Below the pieces are notes generated by a model, which did not search any database, was not told the DNA's origin, and saw only the letters and a program-made list of their open reading frames with translations. Below, piece by piece: positions 1-8,245 of a DNA stretch of 64,000 nt. The translations under genes and the position numbers were made by a program. The stretch spans positions 62,001-126,000 of the IMG/VR virus record IMGVR_UViG_3300027770_001980; one strand, 5' to 3'. Every line of letters begins with the position of its first letter. The stretch's first letter is position 1.

Positions 1-1
1 G

Positions 2-586
2 CGTTTGGGTCTAAACTACAACAAAATTGATACTACTCTTACAGGGTCTGATAGCAAGACCAAACAAGATAAACAGGCAGTGGGTCTATACAGCATCTAC
101 AAAACTGACGGCGATATTGTAATGGTGAATAATTTTAACTATGGACAAAATGACATCAGCAATAGTCGTAGCGTAGGCGGATTGTTCAACAATGCCTATA
201 CAACAACGGGAAGTGATTTATGGGTTAACCACAGAGTTTATGCTCCTGAAATTGACAATGCAATTCGTCCTTTTGCTGGATATTCTGTAATACATTCAGA
301 AACAAATGGTTACAAAGAGTCCGGTAGTGTACAAAGTGCAAGAACAGTGGGCAGCACCAGCAGCGATACTGGATATGCAGAAGCAGGCGTTCGTGTTAGC
401 AAAAGAATCAACGATTTTGCTGTAACAGGCGAATTTGCTATGAATTCTGATACAAAAGTTACTGCTGAAGCAGGTATTACATATTCTCCATACAAAGATA
501 TGAGTGTTGGTTTATATGGAACTACCCAACAAGGGCTTGAAAATAAGACAGATACGTGGGCTTTAAAAGGTGTAATGAGATTTTAA
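2..586 (+). CDS. Autotransporter-like outer-membrane beta-barrel domain, C-terminal part (5' truncated by window edge)
   Basis: Frame is open back to position 2; alternating aromatic/hydrophobic beta-strand pattern; ends WALKGVMRF with the terminal Phe typical of outer-membrane barrels. Confidence 0.6.
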   Translation, partial: RLGLNYNKIDTTLTGSDSKTKQDKQAVGLYSIYKTDGDIVMVNNFNYGQNDISNSRSVGGLFNNAYTTTGSDLWVNHRVYAPEIDNAIRPFAGYSVIHSETNGYKESGSVQSARTVGSTSSDTGYAEAGVRVSKRINDFAVTGEFAMNSDTKVTAEAGITYSPYKDMSVGLYGTTQQGLENKTDTWALKGVMRF

Positions 587-597
587 TCCAAAAGATA

Positions 598-604
598 ATA
601 AATA
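598..604 (+). promoter_or_regulatory. Putative T4-like late promoter core (ATAAATA)
   Basis: ATAAATA about 25 nt upstream of the ATG at 630; same motif recurs before other late-type genes; T4 late consensus is TATAAATA. Confidence 0.45.
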
Positions 605-629
605 TCAGTACACTTAACTGGAGTACACT

Positions 630-1196
630 ATGGCCGACGAAGAAGTCAAAATGAGCGCAAGCGAGAAGAAAAAAGAAGATTGGATGAATTCAAAATGGCG
701 TCCAATGATGGGCTGGATGTACATGTCCGTATGTACTTTTGATTTTGTACTTGCACCTGTTATGTGGAGTCTATTACAAAGTCTAAGCCACGGATCTGTG
801 CAAACACAATGGCAACCATTGACGTTACAAGGTGCTGGTTTATTCCACATCGCAATGGGTGCTGTTCTTGGTATTGCTGCACACGGTCGTACACAGGAAA
901 AACTAAATGGTGCTAACAACGGTGGAATGCAACTCCCTTCTAATGCAGGAACTACATATGTTCCACCGGGAGCAACACCACAAGCAGGAGGTATGAACAA
1001 TGGCGGATTCAATGTACAAACAAGCAGTCCGTCAGCATTTGGCTCTCAGGCAGCAGGAGGAGTTAGCAACTCCGGTGGATTTGGCGCATCAGCACCAACA
1101 GGCTTTAATAGCAATCCAGGCTTTGGACCGCCTGCGGTTACTACAGGATTTGGAGGAAAACCAGCACCTGTACAACCACCACAACCTTTACTATAA
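630..1196 (+). CDS. Holin-like membrane protein (3TM/GTA-holin family-like) with Gly/Pro-rich low-complexity tail
   Basis: WRPMMGWMYMSVCTFDFVLAPV hydrophobic segment with WRP motif, second hydrophobic segment FHIAMGAVLGIAA; GGAG SD upstream. Confidence 0.6.
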   Translation: MADEEVKMSASEKKKEDWMNSKWRPMMGWMYMSVCTFDFVLAPVMWSLLQSLSHGSVQTQWQPLTLQGAGLFHIAMGAVLGIAAHGRTQEKLNGANNGGMQLPSNAGTTYVPPGATPQAGGMNNGGFNVQTSSPSAFGSQAAGGVSNSGGFGASAPTGFNSNPGFGPPAVTTGFGGKPAPVQPPQPLL

Positions 1197-1205
1197 GGAG
1201 TAGGT

Positions 1206-1328
1206 ATGTTAGAAACATTATTTTGGATCATCGTTGGAGCATTTATAGGATGGAATTTTCCACAACCTGCTTATGCTAAAATGCTACAAGAAAAATACTT
1301 ACAAAAGTATATAGATAAATTTAAATAG
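1206..1328 (+). CDS. Small membrane protein, 40 aa (not in ORF track)
   Basis: AAGGAG SD then ATG; translates MLETLFWIIVGAFIGWNFPQPAYAKMLQEKYLQKYIDKFK*; fills the gap between 1196 and 1337. Confidence 0.7.
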   Translation: MLETLFWIIVGAFIGWNFPQPAYAKMLQEKYLQKYIDKFK

Positions 1329-1336
1329 GAGTTGGT

Positions 1337-1546
1337 ATGAATAAACTATTAGAAATATTGTTATTAAGCATGGTAGTCAGCACAGCATATGCTGGTGGCG
1401 AGATGAAAGAAGTATGCCACGATAAAATGGACAAGGCCGGCAAGCCTGTAATGAAGAACGGTCAGCCCGTTCAAGAGTGTAAGAAAATCAAAGTGCATAA
1501 GAAATTAGAAGGCACCGCGGTTCCAGAGGATAAGAAAAAGAAATAA
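1337..1546 (+). CDS. Small secreted/periplasmic protein with signal peptide
   Basis: AGGAG SD; N-terminal MNKLLEILLLSMVVSTAYA signal-like sequence with AYA cleavage motif; two Cys; Lys-rich. Confidence 0.65.
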   Translation: MNKLLEILLLSMVVSTAYAGGEMKEVCHDKMDKAGKPVMKNGQPVQECKKIKVHKKLEGTAVPEDKKKK

Positions 1547-1552
1547 AAGTTC

Positions 1553-1581
1553 TTGACATCACTCGGAAGGTATAGTATAAT
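1553..1581 (+). promoter_or_regulatory. Consensus sigma70-type promoter for dnaJ-def-clpA
   Basis: TTGACA (1553-1558), 17-bp spacer, TATAAT (1576-1581). Confidence 0.85.
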
Positions 1582-1599
1582 TACTACTATACCTTTTTT
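1567..1599 (+). terminator. Hairpin plus T-run (intrinsic terminator or operator) overlapping the -10 box
   Basis: Perfect 11-bp inverted repeat AAGGTATAGTA (1567-1577) / TACTATACCTT (1585-1595), 7-nt loop, T-run to 1599. Confidence 0.55.
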
Positions 1600-1604
1600 C
1601 TATT

Positions 1605-2426
1605 ATGGATCATTATACAACTTTAGGCGTTGACAGAAACGCAGGACCAGAAGACATCAAGCAGGCCTATCGAAAATTGGCCATGAAACATCACCCTGAC
1701 CGAAATGGCGGAGATGATAGCAAATTCAAACAACTACAGGAAGCATACGATACCTTGAGTGATCCGGGCAAACGTCAACAATACGACAACCCAATGCCAC
1801 AAGGTTTCCACGGTGGACCTCCTCCGGGATTTGAAGACATGTTCTCACATATGTTTGGAGGAAATCATCCATTTGGCGACATATTTGGACGTAGGCCACA
1901 ACCTGTGAGAAACAGGAATTTGAATATGCAAACAGATATTACCTTTGAAGAGTCATTCTTTGGTAAGAATCTCATTGCCACTATCCAACTACCGTCGGGT
2001 AGAGATCAAGTATTAGAAGTCAAAATACCAGCAGGTGTTGCCGACGGAACTACTTTACGTTTAGCAGGTATGGGTGACGATAGCATAGGAAATATGCCAA
2101 GAGGTGACATTCATCTAACAGTACGTGTGGCTCCGCATCCTGAATATCAAAGACAAGGTGACGATCTGGTTCGATCACTATCTATCAATTGTTTAGATGC
2201 GATACTTGGTAAAACAGTAACATTCGAAACTATCGATCGTCGTAGATTAGAGATCAACATAACACCAGGTACGCAACATGGTCAAACATTAGCAGTACAA
2301 GGTTATGGTATGCCGAATATGTCTAACAGTTATATGAAAGGACGATTGCTATTAAATATCAATATCACCATTCCGACTAATTTAAATCAGAGACAAAAAG
2401 ATCTCATTAGACAGGCCTTAGTATGA
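1605..2426 (+). CDS. dnaJ: DnaJ-class J-domain co-chaperone (CbpA-like, no zinc finger)
   Basis: J domain with HPD (KHHPDRNGG), G/F-rich linker, C-terminal DnaJ_C domain (RLAGMG, GDIHLTV, GRLLLNI); no CxxCxGxG repeats. Confidence 0.92.
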   Translation: MDHYTTLGVDRNAGPEDIKQAYRKLAMKHHPDRNGGDDSKFKQLQEAYDTLSDPGKRQQYDNPMPQGFHGGPPPGFEDMFSHMFGGNHPFGDIFGRRPQPVRNRNLNMQTDITFEESFFGKNLIATIQLPSGRDQVLEVKIPAGVADGTTLRLAGMGDDSIGNMPRGDIHLTVRVAPHPEYQRQGDDLVRSLSINCLDAILGKTVTFETIDRRRLEINITPGTQHGQTLAVQGYGMPNMSNSYMKGRLLLNINITIPTNLNQRQKDLIRQALV

Positions 2427-2923
2427 AGATAGTTAAATTTCCCGACGCTATACTACGTAAGAGTATGCCAGCATTTGATTTCAATAATCCCGTCATGGAT
2501 CCAGTCAAACTTGAAACAGACATGATTGACGCTATGCTGGCATTAGATGGTATAGGTCTTGCTGCTAATCAAGTGGGTATTGAAACCCGTGTGTTTGTTA
2601 TGGGACACAGAGATAATCCAGACGCAGCACAGGCATTCTTCAATCCGGTTGTTACTGATAATACAGAAGATATTGCCGATATGGAGGAAGGCTGCTTGAG
2701 TTTTCCTGGAATCTATGTTAAAGTTAAGAGACCTACAAAAATCAAAGCACGTTGGCAGAACAGCCAGGGTGAATTTGAGGAAGGTGAGTTTGATGGATAT
2801 AACTGTAAGTGCTTCTTACACGAATACGACCATCTTGAAGGAATCGTGTTCCAAGATAGAGTTAGCACTCTGAAATGGGCCATGGCAGTAAAGAAAACTA
2901 AACAAAAGAGAAAACACAAATAA
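2423..2923 (+). CDS. def: Peptide deformylase
   Basis: All three PDF motifs: GIGLAANQ, EGCLS, HEYDH. Confidence 0.95.
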   Translation: MKIVKFPDAILRKSMPAFDFNNPVMDPVKLETDMIDAMLALDGIGLAANQVGIETRVFVMGHRDNPDAAQAFFNPVVTDNTEDIADMEEGCLSFPGIYVKVKRPTKIKARWQNSQGEFEEGEFDGYNCKCFLHEYDHLEGIVFQDRVSTLKWAMAVKKTKQKRKHK

Positions 2924-5205
2924 TGCTACAACCAAATAAAGACCTCGAAGATATTTTTGAATCAGCCGTTGGATATGCTAACGAGCATCGTCATGAATAC
3001 CTTACATTGGAACACTTCTTATATGGTATGGTGAAGAACGAACAGTTTGCAAAACTATTGACAAACTTTGGTGCTAAAGTAGATACGATAATCTCCGATC
3101 TTGAAACATTCATTAATGAAAATTTAAAAGAAATCGTCAACGATAGCGTAGATCGTCCTAAGAAAACTGCCACTGTTGATCGTATGCTACATCGTGCATA
3201 CAATACAGCATTATTCTCCGGAAGAAAAATAATTGAACCTGTGGACTGCTTTATCAGCATTTTCGCAGAGAAGAAAAGTCATGCATGTTACTTCGTAAGA
3301 AAAGCCAATATTGATAAAGACAAATTTATTAGTTATGTGCAGAAAGAGCAAGTAGAAGATGTTGAGGAAGAAGGTGAAAAACCGGTCAATCCTCAAGTTG
3401 AACGTATGCTTAATCAATTCTGTGTCAATCTATCTGCTCGTGCTAAAGGTAAGAAGATTGATCCTGTTATTGGGCGCGAGAAAGAACTCGAAGAAGTTGA
3501 ATTAGTATTGGCCCGTAGAAATAAATCTAACGTGATGCTGATTGGTGATCCGGGTGTGGGTAAGACTGCTATTGCTGAAGGACTTGCACGTAAGATACAC
3601 GAAGGTGCTGTTCCTAAATTCATCCAAGAACATACTGTTTACAGTCTCGATATTAGTGCATTGTTAGCAGGCAGCAAGTATCGTGGAGACTTTGAAGAAC
3701 GTCTTAAAATGGTAATTGGTGCTCTCGAGAAGAAAAAGAACTGTATCTTGTTCATTGATGAGGCACATATGATGAGTGGTGCTGGTGCCAGTAGTGGTGG
3801 CAGTAATGATATGGCCAATATGCTTAAACCAGCATTGAGCAAGGGCACTATCAAAGTGGTAGCCAGCACAACATGGGAAGAATATCGCAAGCACTTTGAA
3901 AAGGATCGTGCTCTAATGCGTAGATTCCAACGTGTTACTGTTGATGAGCCAAATGAAGCAACCTGTATTAAGATCCTTAAAGGACTTAAGAAGTATTACG
4001 AGAAACATCACGGTGTTAAGATCACCAACCAAGCAATCACCGATGCTGTAACTTACTCTGTCAAGTATATGACTGATAAGAAACTGCCGGACAAGGCCAT
4101 CGATCTTATCGATTGTGCCAGTGCTCGCTTCAAGATCAAAGATGAGGAAAACGGTGTAGTGGATCACGATGAGATCATGTTTGAAGTGGCTAAGATCGCT
4201 AATCTTCCACTGGAACAGATCAATGCCAAAGAAGGTAGCAATCTTGCAGGACTCGAAAAAGGCATGCGTGGTAAAGTGTTCGGACAAGAGAAAGCGATCG
4301 AAACATTGCTGGACAAGATCTTTATTGCACAGGCAGGACTAAAAGCATTCAATAAACCCGTTGGTAGTTTCTTGTTTGTTGGCCCAACTGGTGTAGGTAA
4401 GACAGAAGTTGCTAAACAACTGGCTTCTAACATGGGAATCAAACTAATACGCTTTGATATGAGTGAATTCCAAGAGAAACACAGCGTGGCCAAGTTCATC
4501 GGTGCACCTCCTGGATATGTAGGCTTTGAAGATAACGCAGGACAACTGATCACTAACCTACAAGAAACACCAAACTGTGTGCTATTGTTAGATGAAGTTG
4601 AAAAAGCACATCCTGATGTTCTAACAGTCATGCTACAGTTGATGGACAATGGCTTTATCACCGGCAGCAATGGCAAGAAAGCAGACGGACGCAACGCTAT
4701 TATCATCATGACCAGTAACTTGGGTGCTGCTGATGCTGAAAAGAACGGTGTTGGATTTGGTAGTTTAGATCGCGATAGTGATCCTAAGGATGCTGTCAAC
4801 AAGTTCTTTGCACCTGAATTCCGCAATCGTTTAGATGGTATCATCAAGTTTGGTAAGTTGGATCAAACCAGCATGACTAAAGTGGTTAAGAAGTTTGTTG
4901 ATGATCTGAACGCATTGATCAAAGATAAGAATGTCAGTATTAAACCCAATGCAGAGGCTATTGAGTATCTGATCAAGAAAGGATTTGATAGCAAGATGGG
5001 TGCAAGACCACTACAGCGTACCATTGATGAATACATCAAGAAGCCATTGAGCAAGGAAATCTTGTTTGGCAAGTTGACTAACGGTGGAGTAGTTGAGATA
5101 TCTGTTGAGAAAGATCAACTAAAACTCAATGTGATTGAAGTATTGCCAGTTGAACGAGTTAAGGTAGTGGACAAAGATGCAGATACAGAAACTATCGTCC
5201 AGTAA
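2923..5205 (+). CDS. clpA: ATP-dependent Clp protease ATP-binding subunit (ClpA-like, two AAA+ domains)
   Basis: Clp N-domain (HEYLTLEH); Walker A GDPGVGKT and GPTGVGKT; FIDEAH and LLDEVEKAH Walker B; no ClpB middle domain. Confidence 0.93.
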   Translation: MLQPNKDLEDIFESAVGYANEHRHEYLTLEHFLYGMVKNEQFAKLLTNFGAKVDTIISDLETFINENLKEIVNDSVDRPKKTATVDRMLHRAYNTALFSGRKIIEPVDCFISIFAEKKSHACYFVRKANIDKDKFISYVQKEQVEDVEEEGEKPVNPQVERMLNQFCVNLSARAKGKKIDPVIGREKELEEVELVLARRNKSNVMLIGDPGVGKTAIAEGLARKIHEGAVPKFIQEHTVYSLDISALLAGSKYRGDFEERLKMVIGALEKKKNCILFIDEAHMMSGAGASSGGSNDMANMLKPALSKGTIKVVASTTWEEYRKHFEKDRALMRRFQRVTVDEPNEATCIKILKGLKKYYEKHHGVKITNQAITDAVTYSVKYMTDKKLPDKAIDLIDCASARFKIKDEENGVVDHDEIMFEVAKIANLPLEQINAKEGSNLAGLEKGMRGKVFGQEKAIETLLDKIFIAQAGLKAFNKPVGSFLFVGPTGVGKTEVAKQLASNMGIKLIRFDMSEFQEKHSVAKFIGAPPGYVGFEDNAGQLITNLQETPNCVLLLDEVEKAHPDVLTVMLQLMDNGFITGSNGKKADGRNAIIIMTSNLGAADAEKNGVGFGSLDRDSDPKDAVNKFFAPEFRNRLDGIIKFGKLDQTSMTKVVKKFVDDLNALIKDKNVSIKPNAEAIEYLIKKGFDSKMGARPLQRTIDEYIKKPLSKEILFGKLTNGGVVEISVEKDQLKLNVIEVLPVERVKVVDKDADTETIVQ

Positions 5206-5869
5206 GTTATTCTATAACAAATGGCCCTATAAGATCGAATGCGTGGTCAAAGGAGCCAGTAGGATTAGCCTTACCGGCATAGAAGAAACCAGATCTCTCT
5301 GTCTCGGACTGCGCCAGAATGCGACTCCCTATTGGAGTCTCAGTGCCCTGAACAAAGAGGAAATGTCTGATCTATTGGCGTTTACTTACGCGGTGGAACC
5401 ATTTGTGGGTCTCAAAGATCAGTTACAGATCAGATGCGAAAATAGTCACTACAATATTTTTTGTAAAGATCTGGTATTTCTGGAAACCATCCATAACGCT
5501 TTAGAACCCTGGGTTTATCGAGTAGTAGGTCCTACCACAGAAGAAGAGCGTGAATTCATGTTAGACAATGGATATAAGAAGATCCTGCGTGATACATTGC
5601 CCTATGGTGATTATCAATACAAAGTCTATTTCGAACCACTGTGGAATACGGCTGATCGACGGGATTTTTTTAAATGGGCTACACAGCGTCCGGACCTTTT
5701 CATCATAAAAACCGGTACTGAAAAATGGTTGCAGGGTTCGAGATGGGTGCATGACCCACATATGTATGTAAAAGATGCAAAAACCATGACCATGTTAGGG
5801 TTGAAGATCAGCGGTTATGTTAGACGAGTAGACGAATTCATACTACGGGAGAACTTAATGACGGCATAA
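5177..5869 (+). CDS. Hypothetical phage protein
   Basis: 230-aa ORF overlapping the clpA end; no motif recognised. Confidence 0.7.
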   Translation: MQIQKLSSSKLFYNKWPYKIECVVKGASRISLTGIEETRSLCLGLRQNATPYWSLSALNKEEMSDLLAFTYAVEPFVGLKDQLQIRCENSHYNIFCKDLVFLETIHNALEPWVYRVVGPTTEEEREFMLDNGYKKILRDTLPYGDYQYKVYFEPLWNTADRRDFFKWATQRPDLFIIKTGTEKWLQGSRWVHDPHMYVKDAKTMTMLGLKISGYVRRVDEFILRENLMTA

Positions 5870-5872
5870 ATA
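5866..5872 (+). promoter_or_regulatory. Putative late promoter core (ATAAATA)
   Basis: ATAAATA 7 nt before the ATG at 5880, at the start of a virion-like gene block. Confidence 0.55.
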
Positions 5873-5879
5873 CTTTATT

Positions 5880-6320
5880 ATGCCAGCATTAAGTCAATCC
5901 CTAACATTTAAAATCAATAACAGTGACACCGTATCTGTAAGTTATCCGAATACGGGTACCACAGCACTAATTTACACCAGCGAACGCATCAAGGGGGATG
6001 GGTATTTCGGTGGTAGCGACGGTGTTCATACCGTATTCTGGAGCGTGGCCGAGTTTGTAGGTACCATTGAAATACAAGGTACCTTAGCATCCGAGCCGGG
6101 TGATTCTGACTGGACCAGTGTAAGACTCACCGAACCTGGCACTAAATTCTATATTGACACCACTGGGTTAGTTACAGATGCAGGTGTTGATAGCACTCGA
6201 TATGTGTTTGAGACCACCGCTAACAAATCTTATAATTTCACTGGAAATTTTGTCTGGCTACGCGGTCGTATCAGTGAATTTGAGCAAGGTGTGATGAATG
6301 GCATCAGTATAAACAGGTAA
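5880..6320 (+). CDS. Hypothetical virion-associated protein
   Basis: 146-aa beta-rich ORF downstream of the putative late promoter; KGDGYFG motif. Confidence 0.55.
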   Translation: MPALSQSLTFKINNSDTVSVSYPNTGTTALIYTSERIKGDGYFGGSDGVHTVFWSVAEFVGTIEIQGTLASEPGDSDWTSVRLTEPGTKFYIDTTGLVTDAGVDSTRYVFETTANKSYNFTGNFVWLRGRISEFEQGVMNGISINR

Positions 6321-6330
6321 TGGAATCACT

Positions 6331-7875
6331 ATGGCAAAACAAACAATAAATGTAGGAAGTGGAGAATATGCAGGTGATGGTGAAAGCCTGCGTTCAGCAT
6401 TGGTTAAGACCAATGAAAATTTCGACGAAGTTTACACAAATATTGATATTATCAATACTGCTGGTTATATAACTATTGATTCAGTACCAACCAATGTAGG
6501 TGATTTTAACAATGATGTTGGTTACCTAACCACAGAAACATTACCTGCATATCCTACAGTACCAACCAATGTAGGTGATTTTAACAATGATGTCGGTTAC
6601 CTAACCACAGACACATTACCTGCAACACCAACTGATCGATTAACAGCAGGGACAACTGCTACATTAGTATTGCTTGATGACGGAACACTCAAACTTACAC
6701 ATCCCACCGAATGGTGGAGTGGTGCTTATTCTTTAGAGATACAAAAAGACGCAGGTAACTATCATACTTTTAAGAGTTCCTATGGGTTAAGTCTACAGGC
6801 AACACCTGTTCCTAATGGCTATGGACTTAATACAAACACTAACTTTGTAGATATTTTCCACGATGGCGTCAGTGTTAATGTAAATGATAACACTTGGGGA
6901 TTTGGAACAGATGGTAGTTTAGCATTTCCAACAGCGGGGGCAGAATGGCCTATAACAGAATATTATGTTCCTACTCTTATCGGTAAAGATCAAATATCTT
7001 TTGCTACATATAATGCTGAAAATAGCACAAGTTCATATGCCGTATCAACTCAGGATAACAAAAGTTGGGAAGTATTTGCTGAAGATGATGTGGTCGGTTA
7101 TGGTTCTGGATGGGCATATCTAAGGGTAGAATTACCCACAATAGATACCCCTCAAGTTAATATTGAAACCAGGAAAGGTATTGATGGTGTTGACTATACT
7201 TGGACATTTGACGCAGATGGCAAATTAACCACACCTGGACATATTATCCCTAATGCTGATCTCGCATACGATTTAGGCAGCACCTCCAGTCAATGGAGAA
7301 ACCTATACGTTGGAACAGGTTTAGTATTTGTTGCTAACACACTGACCGATATCGGCATCACATTTGCCGATGGTTCTAGACTTACTTCAAGCAATGGTAT
7401 TGGAAGAACATCAATCGGTGATACCTATGTATCAGGTGCTTTCCAACAATTAACAATAGCAGATGATGAAGGAACATTGATTACAATTGCTGGAGGAAAC
7501 AGCCTCTTTAGATTACCACAACTAACCGCAGACATGTTAGGTGCTGAATTTGAATTTTATTTCTCTGATGTTGCTGGACAAGTTTATATACAGAGTTATT
7601 ATACAGGTGTTAGAGAAACCACCGATGTCTTTAGAGGTTCGATATATGTTGGAGTAGACAACGCAACTACTGGTAAGCTGCACACAGCCACTGCAACAAC
7701 TTCAACTGCCTGTGTTTTATTCCTTGGACAACATCATGCCAAGGAAGGCAGTTATATTAAAGTTAAAGCTATTGCGTTTGACACAGTAGGTACTTGGATG
7801 TTTCAAGGCATGTGCGTAGGTGATACCGGACAAACTCCTAATAGTTCAGACCATCCTTTCCAAGATTATAACTAA
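6331..7875 (+). CDS. Fibre/baseplate-like structural protein with T4 gp9/gp10-like N-terminus
   Basis: N-terminus MAKQTINVGSGEYAGDGESLRSALVKTNENFDEVY resembles the gp9/gp10 N-terminal motif; WxFxxDGxLxxP fibre-type repeats; Thr/Gly-rich. Confidence 0.6.
   Translation: MAKQTINVGSGEYAGDGESLRSALVKTNENFDEVYTNIDIINTAGYITIDSVPTNVGDFNNDVGYLTTETLPAYPTVPTNVGDFNNDVGYLTTDTLPATPTDRLTAGTTATLVLLDDGTLKLTHPTEWWSGAYSLEIQKDAGNYHTFKSSYGLSLQATPVPNGYGLNTNTNFVDIFHDGVSVNVNDNTWGFGTDGSLAFPTAGAEWPITEYYVPTLIGKDQISFATYNAENSTSSYAVSTQDNKSWEVFAEDDVVGYGSGWAYLRVELPTIDTPQVNIETRKGIDGVDYTWTFDADGKLTTPGHIIPNADLAYDLGSTSSQWRNLYVGTGLVFVANTLTDIGITFADGSRLTSSNGIGRTSIGDTYVSGAFQQLTIADDEGTLITIAGGNSLFRLPQLTADMLGAEFEFYFSDVAGQVYIQSYYTGVRETTDVFRGSIYVGVDNATTGKLHTATATTSTACVLFLGQHHAKEGSYIKVKAIAFDTVGTWMFQGMCVGDTGQTPNSSDHPFQDYN
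6482..6624 (+). repeat. In-frame tandem duplication, 75-bp period, 2 copies
   Basis: Copies start at 6482 and 6557 and encode VPTNVGDFNNDVGYLTT(E/D)TLPA. Confidence 0.9.
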
Positions 7876-7881
7876 AATATC

Positions 7882-8241
7882 ATGAAACTTACAGAATTCT
7901 TTAATCAGCCTATACAAATAAGCAAACGCGGTCAAGACACCGAGGATGACAAGCGTGCCGACGAACTCTTCTGGTACATCATCGACCACGATAAACTACA
8001 CAAAGATTACTTCCACTCTATCGCTCGCAAAGTAAAAAAGATGAAAGAATTCACTCCCGAGCAAGTGTCGGAAATGTATATGCCTATGGTGATCAAAGGT
8101 TGTAAAGAATACTATCACGAAAAAGAATTAAAAGGCAAGTTAGGTAAGGAATTTCCTCAAGAAATGAGAGATGACATGTGCCATAGACTGCATGATCACT
8201 ATCGCGAAGATATTGAAAAAGATATATACAAGTTAGGATAA
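7882..8241 (+). CDS. Hypothetical protein with CTS-like N-terminus (MKLTEF)
   Basis: 119-aa ORF; N-terminal motif shared with four neighbouring genes. Confidence 0.7.
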   Translation: MKLTEFFNQPIQISKRGQDTEDDKRADELFWYIIDHDKLHKDYFHSIARKVKKMKEFTPEQVSEMYMPMVIKGCKEYYHEKELKGKLGKEFPQEMRDDMCHRLHDHYREDIEKDIYKLG

Positions 8242-8245
8242 CGCT

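Noticed and set aside
1567-1595. CIRCE/HrcA operator upstream of dnaJ
   Set aside because: The palindrome does not match TTAGCACTC-N9-GAGTGCTAA; kept only as a generic inverted repeat.
4164-4847. 227-aa minus-strand ORF
   Set aside because: Lies wholly antisense to clpA; typical shadow ORF.
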